A DNA stretch of 64,000 bases from Lingula anatina (Eukaryota > Animalia > Brachiopoda), in assembly GCA_051362555.1 (NCBI GenBank), contig CM120645.1, forward strand, positions 21,638,001 through 21,702,000, read 5' to 3'. How positions within the stretch are numbered: position 1 is the first letter of the stretch; each line of letters begins with the position of its first letter. Positions 37,501 to 48,400 of this stretch are shown here, in pieces. The position numbers and the translations under genes were made by a program. The notes beneath the pieces were generated by a model. That model saw only the letters and a list, made by a program, of their open reading frames with translations, did no database searches and was not told the DNA's origin.

Positions 37501-39389
37501 CTGGACCAAATTGGACAGATTTTGACCGATGCCTGGAATTTTATTCCAGATTGAACCCTAAAAACCTAACCCAATGAATGCCTTGCCACTTGAGAGTGCT
37601 GGTAGCAAACAGAAAAGGTCAAGTGTAACAGCTACCGTTACTGTGACTTGACACTGACATGGGGGTTCTTTGTGAGGCGTGTAACTCTTTTACAGAAAAT
37701 AATTTGGAAAATATTGAGATCCAAAATATCGCTTTTAATTGTTGTCGTATGACATAGAATAGGCAACGTGTTTTTGTTTGCTTCTCTGGCGAATTCCATT
37801 AATGATCTGATGTCACAATGACATCAAAGAGATAATTAAAAGTTATTAAAACACGATTTAAATCCTTATTTTCATTTATCAGTCAGCAAAATAGGAAAAA
37901 ACTGATGAAAAATGATTTGGAAAAAAATATTCCATATTAAATGTCAAGTCTGTATTAACGCGCTGAGCACATGTGGCATGTGTACAATTGAAATGCAGAG
38001 GAGAACCTACCCGCCTAATAATTTGGACCAACCTCTTTAGGCTTTTTAGGAGAAGTGCGTAATATCCCACAAAATAGAATTGTTATCTTTGTTGAAAGCT
38101 TGTCGCGCCGCCTACAGGGGATAATTGCAGCACGCGATAGGCACACTCGTTATTAAACACGTACATTTAACGAACATACCCTAATGCTATTTCTGTGTAA
38201 ATTTTGATATTTGGTGGTGTCTTTTCAATTTTGCGGGCATTTCTTTACCTCTGTGGAAATTACAGTGAAACATTGGATTTGAGAGGGTACATGCTATTGA
38301 ATTGAATAAAATAAAATGGATGAATGAAATATGGCTATTTTCACCACTATTTTGTATTTTCTTAAACATTAATCATATAAGATCTGAAATCTGGAATAAA
38401 AAGCACTGTTTTTAAAAGACACTGTTCTTAAAAGACTAAAAAGCACTGTTTTGAAAAGACAATTTACACCTGTGAAGTGATCCTCTGTAAATAAAGGCAC
38501 ATGGAATTAGGGGTGGGACAACCTTTTTGGCCAATGTAAATTGGTTACTTGGGATCTCATAACTGAACTTTCGTTGTGAGGCATTTAATTTGTCAACAAG
38601 GAACTGTTTTGCAAATATATTATCCCTAAAACTGTCCTGAACTAAACTAGAGTAAAACGATTTGCTTTGCCCCAAGATAAATAAGTAGTATATCAATGAA
38701 AGGGAGCATAATATTTGTATTGTAACATGAAATATATGGCTGATATTTTAAAGCCCATGGAGGTGTATGATGCATGAGTATAAGCCATTCAACACCTTGA
38801 AATTCCATTTGAATGTTTATCTTGAATTTAATTAGACTGGTATGTTGATCCACAAGTTAAGACCAAATTTGAACTAAATTAAACTTGAGAAACCGAGCTC
38901 ATGCTGGCTTAATGCATTGTATCTTACCACGACTATAGAACATCCACCAGGCCATGGTTTAAAGCCGGTATCCGAGTTTTTTTCTTCAAAATGAGGCACT
39001 AAACACCGACAACACAGCCAGCTTGTCATTGTGAACAGCACCCCAGACGCCCAGAGACACCGCAGAAATGTCACAACATAAGGAACTAAAAATATCAGCA
39101 AAAGCATCAACATAGAGAGACGTCCGTCCGCATCAAGGTGCGTCTGAAATTGCCTCTCAGTGCCGTTACCTTCGGTCAAATCCTGTGAAATTACTATCAC
39201 GGAAATTTTGCTGGCGACCATGCAAAAAAGTAACGCAAGACAAACGATGGTCGTGACCACCCATTTGGCCACTTCGTACCAAAGAGAAGCTGACCCTTTC
39301 TTGATCTCTCTACGCTGACCATAGTCTTCTGTAACGGTCAACTGTGGGAGCGGTTTTATTTCGCCATAGCTTTCCTGCGGAGTCGCCAT
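13122..39389 (-). CDS. Chs: Chitin synthase A (GT2, metazoan SAM-domain type), 23 coding exons, about 1423 aa if the exon-5 insertion is removed; this haplotype is disrupted
   Basis: Exons traced by hand with GT-AG ends and matching phases: 39389-38928, 34178-33258, 33055-32906, 32410-32227, 31938-31804+30688-30675, 30429-30306, 30016-29811, 29046-28879, 28352-28097, 27186-27071, 26809-26683, 26479-26369, 23864-23781, 21602-21527, 20513-20425, 20181-20078, 19804-19736, 19490-19374, 17701-17578, 14590-14537, 14136-13978, 13791-13648, 13399-13122 (4272 nt). Motifs CTTMYNE, KKRWSQ, TDAD, GEDRWL, QRRRW and SWGTRE are present. Confidence 0.93.
13648..13791 (-). CDS. CHS-A exon 22
   Basis: ELKDLRKTALMWFAVANTLWL...NPLG. 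Confidence 0.88.
13978..14136 (-). CDS. CHS-A exon 21
   Basis: ...REKQFWEKLIAARLKP, the CHS C-terminal E..FW..L motif. Confidence 0.82.
14537..14590 (-). CDS. CHS-A exon 20 (SAM2 end)
   Basis: (G)HLKRLYKSIQQLRPPTP. Confidence 0.82.
14650..16806 (-). mobile_element. Internally deleted pogo/Tigger-like transposon with a remnant C-terminal PHD-finger-like region
   Basis: TIR GGGGAGAGCGGGGT(T/G)GGTTGGAAC with TA TSD; minus-strand remnant AVLTDTP...KEK, then LVCGEPF...WVKCIVCLKWSHEDC. Confidence 0.8.
17578..17701 (-). CDS. CHS-A exon 19 (SAM2)
   Basis: GSWIESIGLVRYRKALL...YGIHKP(G). Confidence 0.82.
19374..19490 (-). CDS. CHS-A exon 18 (SAM1 end)
   Basis: EIRQVGIINWAHVNLVHAEVQKLPPFQIDPQVP. Confidence 0.82.
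19736..19804 (-). CDS. CHS-A exon 17 (SAM1 core)
   Basis: ACEDNFKKLGYDDTTFIAEMSKE. Confidence 0.85.
20078..20181 (-). CDS. CHS-A exon 16 (start of SAM1; acceptor uncertain)
   Basis: ...EEAIPVKDWLFARFYQNEIK. Confidence 0.7.
20425..20513 (-). CDS. CHS-A exon 15 (linker)
   Basis: TTTTTTGTAG acceptor (phase 2), GTGAGT donor. Confidence 0.7.
20543..21358. mobile_element. Mutator-like non-autonomous element
   Basis: 9-bp TSD ATAACATCG (20534-20542 and 21359-21367); imperfect long TIRs with GGACAATTCCCCCCGGA repeats. Confidence 0.8.
21527..21602 (-). CDS. CHS-A exon 14
   Basis: Completes SWG-TRE; GTATGT donor. Confidence 0.85.
21746..22844. mobile_element. Harbinger/Zator-like non-autonomous element
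   Basis: TIR of about 33 bp GGCCACACTTTTTTATTTTTATGGATGACATCCT, TTA TSD. Confidence 0.82.
23781..23864 (-). CDS. CHS-A exon 13
   Basis: YLFFLPAGYLFLTIYSICNITDQSW(G). Confidence 0.9.
24440..25700. repeat. Diverged tandem repeat, unit about 340 bp, 3-4 copies
   Basis: Recurring TTTTCAAGGTGTGACTT and ATTGCATCAAAATT at spacing of about 340 bp. Confidence 0.7.
26369..26479 (-). CDS. CHS-A exon 12
   Basis: ...FILTALLHPTEITCLFHG. Confidence 0.88.
26683..26809 (-). CDS. CHS-A exon 11 (TM)
   Basis: VAIGASSIFALVMAAAFIG..., GTAAGT donor. Confidence 0.82.
27071..27186 (-). CDS. CHS-A exon 10 (TM)
   Basis: Hydrophobic exon, phase 1 to 0, GTGAGT donor. Confidence 0.85.
28097..28352 (-). CDS. CHS-A exon 9 (QRRRW)
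   Basis: CPETFDEFFKQRRRWIVST. Confidence 0.93.
28468..28538. repeat. (ATA)n/(AT)n microsatellite
   Basis: Read directly. Confidence 0.9.
28879..29046 (-). CDS. CHS-A exon 8 (catalytic EDR)
   Basis: VLCAPGCFSMYR...DMGEDRWLCTLM. Confidence 0.93.
29811..30016 (-). CDS. CHS-A exon 7 (DxD motif)
   Basis: FILATDADVKF...CGRTHP...FDYAIGHWLQK. Confidence 0.92.
30306..30429 (-). CDS. CHS-A exon 6
   Basis: VKNKKRWSQIMYLSYIIDF. Confidence 0.9.
30693..31803 (-). mobile_element. Non-autonomous piggyBac-like element in CHS-A exon 5
   Basis: TTAA duplicated at 30689-30692 and 31804-31807, termini CCCCATAG...CTATGGGG, and an internal tandem duplication of about 200 bp. Confidence 0.88.
31804..31938 (-). 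CDS. CHS-A exon 5, 5' part (interrupted; the last 14 nt lie at 30675-30688)
   Basis: VDFKSNQAREIGFEKHNTPYGLQLVW...VVLHL, then the insertion; KDNRK and a GTGAAA donor resume at 30689-30673. Confidence 0.88.
32227..32410 (-). CDS. CHS-A exon 4
   Basis: SEEEMRQLL...SHIWLDGA, 184 nt. Confidence 0.9.
32906..33055 (-). CDS. CHS-A exon 3
   Basis: LFWLPTYNG...IYICTTMYNE, 150 nt. Confidence 0.9.
33258..34178 (-). CDS. CHS-A exon 2 (multi-pass TM region)
   Basis: TTTCAG acceptor, GTATGC donor, 307 open codons; homologous to 3708-4649. Confidence 0.9.
36293..37952 (+). mobile_element. Degenerate full-length Tc1-like element (CHS-A intron 1)
   Basis: 28-bp TIR CAGACTTGACATTTAATATGGAATATTT with TA flanks; remnant SW*SKSPYLNHIDNMW. 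Confidence 0.82.
38928..39389 (-). CDS. CHS-A exon 1 (N-terminal TM helices)
   Basis: ATG at 39389, GTAAG donor at 38927, 154 codons; homologous to 7138-7596. Confidence 0.85.
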
Positions 39390-41314
39390 TTTTATTGGTA
39401 ATGATCACAAAATCCAACACGCGTCTGTCCAAGGTGCTAAGCGTTGCACTTTTAATGTCAATATAAAAAGGCTATTATTCCCCGGCTTGATAATGCTATT
39501 TTTTTAAATATATTTAGCTGAAAAGTTCAATCTTACGGACTCAACAAGTATTTTGATCTGAACCTCCGTCAAAAGTAACTCGTTACTTTTGTGGAGCTGC
39601 TTTTCCCAGAAGAACGCCCTTTGCTACGGCGTGCTTTTGTTATTTCGAAGCATATCGAAACCCCTTACAAAAGAGCCTTGAGTCATTGGAATGTCAACCA
39701 TTGATTTTTTTTTTTTATCTTTCGGTACTCCAGTGAATAGCACTCTTTATTTACGTTCAACCGACGGAGAAAAGGAGATTCTGTTTGTATAAGGGCAGGT
39801 TACTGTATATTCAAAAACGAGTTTAAATAAAACACATAATGCTGACCTAAAAACTTCCAAGGCTCAATTTATGTGCATGGATTACCTCAATATATTGGTG
39901 CGGTCCTTTATAATCAGCTATGTCAGATGTCTTATAAAATGTAAAATTGTTTAATTTAAAGAGTTATAAGCTTAAGAAAATCAAATGTATGTCTGGTAGC
40001 AGAAAAGGAAAATCAAAATCTCCATGTTACAATGTATATTAAAACATATATTTTCTTAATTTCTTTGTATTTCTGTTTGGAAATTTATCGTTATTATTTT
40101 ACATTAGTTATCCATGTCTGATACCTCACCAGTTTGATTGGGAATGATCACGAAACCCAACACGCGTCTGCCGAACGTGCTACGAGTTGCCCTTTCAATG
40201 TCAGTATTAAAAGGTGAATAAACCCCGGCTTGGCAAAACTAATTATATCATATGTACAAAGTTTGCAGACGCATCAAATACATTCGATTGAACATTCTTA
40301 GAAAGTAACGTTAGACTTTTAAAAAGCAGTTTTTTTCCAACCGAGTGCCTTTTGCTACTACGTCGCTTTTGTAACAACAACGAATAATGAAACCTTTATT
40401 TTTTTTACATGAGGACGTTGAGCCATTGGAATTCCTGCCATTGTATTATTATTATTATTATTATTGATTTTTCGGTACCCTAGCATTGCAAGAAAAACAC
40501 CTTTATTCACCTTTCATTTATTTACAAAAAAAAAAAAATGTTATCGAAAGGTGAGCCCGCATCTTTGATCATATTTTCGTGACGAAATGTTCACCTTTCA
40601 TTCCTTCCTTAAAGATAACAACTCATTTTATAATTTTATAATTTGAGTTTGAGCGAAGGAGCATTTTGCACTGCGTTTGCTGGGGTTTATGTATAGATTG
40701 CAATTGTAGTCTTGAATACAACAGGTAAAACACCTTAAATTGTTACCTCGCGGGTCCTTTTTCCCAGTGACTCAACACAAAAGAATCCGCGCGATTTGCG
40801 ACTGCTTACCCTTACCGCCCTGACGGTTGCAAAGAAGGGGCTAAAAAGATCTGCTTCATAAAAGATATTTTTCAATCTGAAAGTGGTGCACCATGATTTA
40901 GTGATACATGAAAGAAATATAAAGATTTAGTGGGGCAATTTAAGAAACTTGTCAAGCTCGACTAATATATAAAGAGTCGGTAAACACGTGTAGAGACGTT
41001 ATTAGATACCGGGGGCCTGTAACAATATGCTTTCGTCAGAATACAAGTGTTTATTTTAAAGTCAGGTTAGTCATACGAATTAAGTTTATTCAAGAAAGGT
41101 TTGTCGCTTATTGATATGCTATTAAATGAGGTACCACGCACGTTTTTATGTTCTGTATTGCAAGGCCATGCTGTGCAGTAAGAACAAATGCAAATGCAGT
41201 GTATGTATCTTATATGGCAAGTTACGTCATACGATACTTGTAAATATTTAGTTAAAGCAAATAATTATCAAAATATTATTAAATAAGACCTTTATTTAAG
41301 TATATTTGCTAATG

Positions 41315-41630
41315 TTATTACCTCCGCCAAAGAGGTAAATTATGTTTTCACCCCTGTTTGTCTGTCTGTCATCAACATAACTCAAAAAGTTATCGACCAA
41401 TTTTGGATGAAATTTTCAGGGTAGGTCAGAAGTAGGCCAAGAAACAGATGATTAGTTTTTGGTGGTGTTTCGGATCAATAATCAATCAATAATCAAAAAT
41501 CAATCATCGACATTATCCAAAAATTATTGACCGATTTTGATGAAATTTTCAGGGTAGGTCAGAAGTGGACCAAGGAACAGTTTTTGGTGGGATCCGGATC
41601 AATAATCAATCAATATTCAATAATAATAAA
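41315..41630 (+). mobile_element. Helentron-associated (HINE/DINE-like) element fragment
   Basis: TTATTACCTCCGCCAA start, (GTCT)n tract and an internal tandem repeat; a similar element at about 49075-49387 ends in GAGTGCTTTTCTAGTT. Confidence 0.6.
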
Positions 41631-41648
41631 ACAATCTGTCTTATACAA

Positions 41649-42899
41649 TACATCCCAAGCAAAAGAGCGTCACACCTGCAGCATTTATGTACATTACTAT
41701 ATGGGTACATGTACCCATAGATTTTATCTAACCATATATTTCATAATAACTACCAGTAGGCAACCCGTAAATCGGGGATGTGAGTAGTAGAACATTGACA
41801 TACCTAGCGTGGAAGTACCCCAACACCAATTAAGTTTTATATGAGGCTCCTCATTGATGGGCAAGTTTGCCTGGGCAGGCCGACCAAAGGAAACCACACC
41901 CAGAGAAGAGAATGTTTCCACGCCTTTTTCGTAGAAAAAATTTCCTGTCGTTTAGGAACGTGACTGCAACATTACACAAGAATAGGGAAAACCCATGTTT
42001 CTGAGTTTACCGTAAGAAGATGACTGCATAGCCACCGTTATTTTTGCAGCAATTAGGAGACCAATGACCACCGCTAGGAACCATCTAACGTCGAGTCAGC
42101 TGGTATACAACAACTCTGGCATCGACACCAGTCAACAACTGGGCAATTATACTGTTCTCAAATGAAAGCAGGTCCAGCATTGTAAGTAGTGATGGGCCCG
42201 TAAGGGTTTAGAGAACAGCTGGTAAGAAGAATTTTTCCAATTCTCTGCCTGTGACACACCACACACAATTATGGTATGGGGTGTACTGGTTACTTTGGGT
42301 GCAGGCGAGCTGATATTTGTCAACGGGAACCCTAACGCAGAGTAATGCATCTAAAGAAAGGAACCTTAGGAATTTACCACGACGAGTATATCATCGGGCG
42401 CCATGATCACCCAGATATGTTTCAGCATGAAAGTGCTACTCCACGTACAGCTAATGCAACAATAGACAGGTCATTTGCGCACCAGATCCAGACCCCGCAA
42501 TGGCCATCTTAATCCCTAGATCAGAACCTCAATAAGAATATGTGGGATACCCTCGGAATGGATAACTGAAGGATAACCCTCCAAACAAGAATTATCTCAT
42601 TTTTTTGCATCGTATGTCGAAAGTCATCACTCTACAAAACTTACAAAACTTTTTGACTCCACGCACAGACGAATCAGGTGCATCTTCCAATGCGGAAATA
42701 ATGTACAAAATACTCAAATTTAGCTTTTTTTTCTTTTACTATGGTTATAGTTTATTCATTGGTCGTACAATCTGTAAAATTTTGTGAGAAAAATCCTTGT
42801 AGAAGTTGCAACTGAGTAAAACACATTGGTTTATGACACGATTTTCTGTATCACTTTACGCATTGCATTAGGGGTGACACTTTTTTGCTGGGAAGAATA
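41649..42899 (+). mobile_element. Degenerate Tc1-like element
   Basis: Imperfect TIRs (CCCAAGCAAAAGAGCGTCAC / GTGACACTTTTTTGCTGGG); remnant WPS*SLDQNLNKNMW at about 42500-42545. Confidence 0.7.
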
Positions 42900-43575
42900 C
42901 TTTATATGCTTATACTTGGGACAGTCACCTATGTAAAGTAGACCATAACGGCAGATGATAGTGACCTATGATCCAGACTAAAACGGGTACAATGTAGGTC
43001 TCACTCCAACATGGATGCCGTTTGTTTTGATGACGAAACCTACAAACCCTCAATAGCATCATGCTTTATGTTTTATTTTGGCTATATAATCATGCTATCA
43101 GACGGAGCGCCACTTGAAGGGGATGTCACTGACATGTTGTATAATGTTTTATATATGGCAATTGTAATTTTCATGAAGTGCAGCGATTTATTATTAGATA
43201 TTCACACAAACATCAAAAAGACATGGAGCAGATGTTCTCAGTATTCAGCATTTACTCCAGAGTGGTCGATACTATCAGTAAAGGACCAAAGTTCATCTAT
43301 TGTCAATTTTAATGCTTCAAAACTGTATTAAAAAAGCTGCTTGCATGAGTGCAGGTACGTGTACATGTACTTTGTACTAATTGTACGAAAAAGATACCTA
43401 TATTAAAAAAAAAACAAAAAAAAAAAAAAAAACAAAACAAAAAAGGGTGTCATGTTCTCGAATAAAGGCAAAATGTAAGTGCTTCCCATAAGTGCAATTT
43501 CAAAATTAAATAGACATGCCCTTGTTCACGTACGCACCATGTTCATGATTGCTGTCAAATAATTACACGAGTCTT

Positions 43576-43859
43576 CCCGTACGAAAACGAAGTAGATACT
43601 CCAGCGCAGTAGACTACTGCAATCATACTGCAAACATGCCTCAAAGCTGCTTCGATGTGGGAGCTAATTAGCATATTTGAAACATGCTTCTATCATGCTG
43701 CTAATCTACTGCATTAATGCTCCTCCTCTGTACAACCCTATGTAATTTTTGAAGTAGAATTGCAGTAGGCTATACTGCATTTCTACTGCAAATATGCTCC
43801 ACACCACTACTGGGTTAATGCTTCTTTGCTACTTCGATACTACTGCATTTTCTTGCGGG
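43576..43859 (-). mobile_element. MITE family copy 2 (TSD TT)
   Basis: Reverse complement of 12512-12797. Confidence 0.85.
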
Positions 43860-45373
43860 TTCAAGGGCGAATTAACTTCCGGTTTCAAAGAAGGATAAAG
43901 GGCAATCGTAACACTAGTATTTAAACACGACCCCATATAACAAATAGGTTCATTTCGTAGACATGCGATGTTATTTGACTTTGCTCACAAAAATACATTA
44001 TTTATAGCTAGTGTCCCTACCATGTCTTCGTACACAGCATTAAGGTCACGTCAGTAAGGCACATAACAGTGCAATTACCTTATTAAACGAAAGTTCTCTT
44101 ACATGTAATGTCCATTAACACATGGTAAACAGCCTGTTTATATAGTTGACTCTGCATTAAAGTGCGGACCGGGTCACTGGTTGCTTGAATGCATGCCTAG
44201 GATTATTTCATACGGTCTATATGGGTTAATTGTCACTATACAGTTATATGGGCGAAGAAACCCGTTAAGTTTCTTTTTTAATTATACAGGTACACATGCA
44301 CATGAACTGAATATAGTGCTCAGCCATGTTAAAATTCGGCTGTCATCACATGTACAACTAATAAATATACCGTAACATGTTAGTAAAAAAGTGTTTGGTT
44401 TTGTAAATGAATTGTTCTGTATAACCATATATTCATCTAAATGTCATTGTGCAGAGTACAAAATTGAAAACTTGCACAGCTGTCACATTTCACAATCACA
44501 CTGCTATGCACAAAGGATGAGGTTTTGTATATTTAATGACAGATCAGAGGGAGGCAAATTTCTCAAGAATCTCTCTATGGTTAAGACTGTATTAGTTTCT
44601 GGACATATTTACACTGCAAGTGTCACGTACGCAAAACAAAAGGTGCAAATACCAATTTGACGCCATTTACGAGAACATGCATCCTGTTATACACGTACTG
44701 TTAGTGGGAGCAAAAATGTGCACATTCTCTCAAAACAGTGCGCAAATGTCGTATGAGGTTGCTTTTACATGTATATGGTGTAATTACTCTCTGAGCACAG
44801 GGTGCACTAGTAACCTGTAACAAAAATTTTCCATGGCTCACAGTCTAATTATATATACTATTTTAGGAGCCTCTAAATCAGAGGGAAGTGTGTTACATAT
44901 TTCCAATATCCCTTTGAAGATTAAGATTATAACACAGCGTAATTCTGGGGCTTACTAAATTCCTGTTCAAACATTTAATTTCCTGTAAAAAGAAAGGCAA
45001 ACCAGGCCATTTTGAATTAAGGCGGCAGTCAAATTTCATAAACTTCAGATATACTTCCGATATTTCGTCAAGTAGTCTAAGCTTATTGTTATCGGATAAT
45101 TTTGAAATGGGACAATGTATCAGTGACTCGCCGATTTTGTTCTGGAAATACCCGAGCTTTTGACATGTGCTATCTTAAGAGAGTAAGAAAAATTTAAAAA
45201 ATGGAAAGATTTTTTTTCTAGCTTGTTTAAGTTAATCTTTATAGATGCGGTTTTTAATTTTTAAAGATCAACACGGTGATTGTGATGAATCTTCAAAGAG
45301 TGAGATTGGTTTGAAAATATAAACGGCGGATGGAGGTCATCAGATAATATCTTGGGAACTGCCTCGGATAAAT

Positions 45374-45374
<1 letters not shown>

Positions 45375-45408
<34 letters not shown>
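45375..45408. repeat. (CA)n microsatellite
   Basis: Read directly. Confidence 0.9.
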
Positions 45409-45410
<2 letters not shown>

Positions 45411-48400
45411 AAAAGAGAGATGGGAGCGGGGTGAGTACACACGGAATAATAATGATCCAGCATACGGATTCAGGCGAGATACTGTACATTTTATACCAAC
45501 TCTTTATGTATTTTTATTGAATGCTTGTAAATACATGTATATAATAAGCGTGTTTCACGTGCTTATAAACGTGCTGCACGTATCGGGTTTGCGACCTCTT
45601 GGAGATTGAATTCTCACAAATATGTAACAAAAAAGCTACGATATTTGCAGTTTGTTATAACTGATGTAAGAATCTGATGTTGACCAGCTTGTCCTGACCC
45701 CAAAAGTGGGCAAAATTTCGTTTTTCGAATGCTCGCAAGGCCGATGAAATCGGGGCGGAAGTCGTGAGATTGGTTTGAAAATATAAACGGGGCGGAAGTC
45801 GTTTCACAATTGGGTTCGTTGGTCTGCCTACTTTTTAAGCCATCGTGACGTCATATTCGCGTGTTGTTTTCAACTTCAATTTCACAACAGTAGTTGTTTA
45901 TCTCACAACAGCCTGACCAATTTAATTGGCCAAAACAAGTAACCTGATAATCTTAAATGTGTTTAGTTGCCGAAGTGCACAAAACACATATTTTATATTA
46001 ATATTTTCAAGTGAAACCTAAATGTTTCTTTAAGGTTGCAGACAGAGATATTGCATTTTGACATAGGAGTTTCATTCGAATGTTAGTTTACTATACTGAC
46101 GTTTAAATGCACGGGCGAATTGATTTAAGTAAAACAGTTAGCAGTTCAACGTGCGTACTTAATAAAGTAGACTTTACCATTTGGAAGAGGGCCGCTTTAG
46201 TTGAAAAGGCGACTTCTTGAGTTGCGCTTCGGCGTTCAACAGGTATTTGACAAAAAACCATTCCAAACCCCGTTTTTTTACCCTGCCTAATTAACCTTAA
46301 GCCAGCGAGTTTATACAATAAAAGCACAATAATGCATAATCTCTGTTGACGTATCTGCCGTGGAGTGGATTCCTGTAATATAAACATCCCATGGCTCGCT
46401 AATAAAGCCATCCGCTGTTGACTTTATCGCTGATCATTGCGAGAGGTAGCTCTCTATCTCGCCTTAAACAGTGTAGGCGTTGCAAAAATAAAGATGCGAA
46501 ACGTTGTAAAGATAACAAACACGAAGACGCTAAGCTCAGAGTACATGTAGCAAGGTTGTTCCATGCTTTCACAGTGCGAGGGAGTTATCATTTAGTATGA
46601 GTAAGCCGATCGAGTGAAAACATCGCCTCCGCATTGGTAAAGAAAGGTTTCCAATGAGGCAGTTCGCCTCGTAGAGATGTACAACGTTTTTTCTCAAAAT
46701 ATCAAACATCAGGAAATACACTGAAAGGACACTAGCTTGGTATAGGAGGAACCTCACTGCACTACGACAGTATACTGGTATATGCTTACATACACTTTTT
46801 ATTTGAGGAACTGCCATATGGGTTGACATACATGAAGGTTACAGCGTGCACTGGCTCAGAATTGCGACGAATATAAATTTAAGGGTCAAAAATAGATGTA
46901 GGTACATGTACTTATATTAACTAAGCAATAGATACGCCAGGAGTCCGTTGTGAGGCATCTGCTCCATTCGCACCTAGTAATGTAATGTGACCGGGGCAAA
47001 ATACGCTTTCTAGGATTTTGGGGTATTTTTCGGTGAAAATCAAGTACTTTCTCGCTGTATGAATGCAAATAATACACTGCCACCCAGTGACGCTGACACT
47101 CGAGGTGTCCCAGCTTATATCTCTTGTTGTGACAGTGTATCAATTATTTCAAACATGCACATATGCGAAACACGTTGCTGAGTGACACATATGTCTCGTC
47201 GATGTGTCGTGTATCTGACTAACGTATATGCACCACGGGGGATGTCGGGAATGAACAATCCGCACGTGGAGTAACTCGCTTTGCATACACGTGCTAGAAC
47301 GCACCTCCCACCATTTTGTCAACAATAATGGACGTCATATTCCCCAGCTGGTTGTGAAAACTTCTCAGCGCATAATTGGTATTTCACATTGTAGTATCGA
47401 TCAGGATGATGACCTTATTAAGTTTACCGATGTTTGAACTGGGGCACGTGGTTGACGTATCAACAGTGGGTATTCTCAGACCATCCCTTAGGGCGAGGCG
47501 CGGCTCTGGTGTCTAAGTCAGCTTCCGACTCTCACTACCAATCGGATCGGAATCAGAAGCAAATTCTTGTCATGACGGTAAGTGAACAATAATGTCAAAA
47601 TGCATACTGATATTTGATAGGACTCGTAGTGGTATATATATATTTTTATTATCATTGACTGGATTCTCGTTTTGAGTAGTAGGCCTGGGAATTTTTGTTA
47701 ACAAAGGGCATTTTAATGAGATGTGAAATGATTCCAGAAGCTCCAAGATCTACCCAGAATTAAAAACTGCTACGGCAGCTAGGTCTGCATGTCTTTATGT
47801 TCTGCTGGCATAAATATTTATATTCATTTTTGAAATTATATAATTAAATATGTGGGACATGGGTTAATAACTTTCTACAGTAACAGTAATAGTTATAAAA
47901 CCATTCATATGAAACAGTTTTAGACCAGGATTCGAGGGGAAAAATCAACTCCGTTGCTCTCGAATGACAACTTCCATTTGGAGGCCGATATGTAGTGTGT
48001 TTAGTTCTTAGTACAAGACTGTAATCTAGCAACTTTTAACGATACCAAGCTTTGGTGGCCCAACAACACAGGAAATAGTAAATGCATGTACAGATAATTA
48101 TAAATACAGTTACATAGCCATAATACTTCCAATTGGTTATACTGAGTGAAAAATGTACGTACCGAAATGCTAGTAAAATTGGATTTATCTAGTAGGAATT
48201 TACATAGTTTGTGCTTTATTGGTTTTACCAGGAATATATATATTCCCGCTGGGACGGTACCATTTCTGGGAAACGCACGCATCAATATTCCCTGTGGAGG
48301 TACTTTGTTTACCCAGCAGGTGGTAAATATGAGGGGGCGTGCTCTGTCATTTCACTGGTGACATTAAAAAATAAACATGTTTTGTATTCAATATTTTAGA

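Noticed and set aside
46103-46411. 102-aa ORF vaguely like a Harbinger transposase tail
   Set aside because: The motifs are not convincing without a database search.
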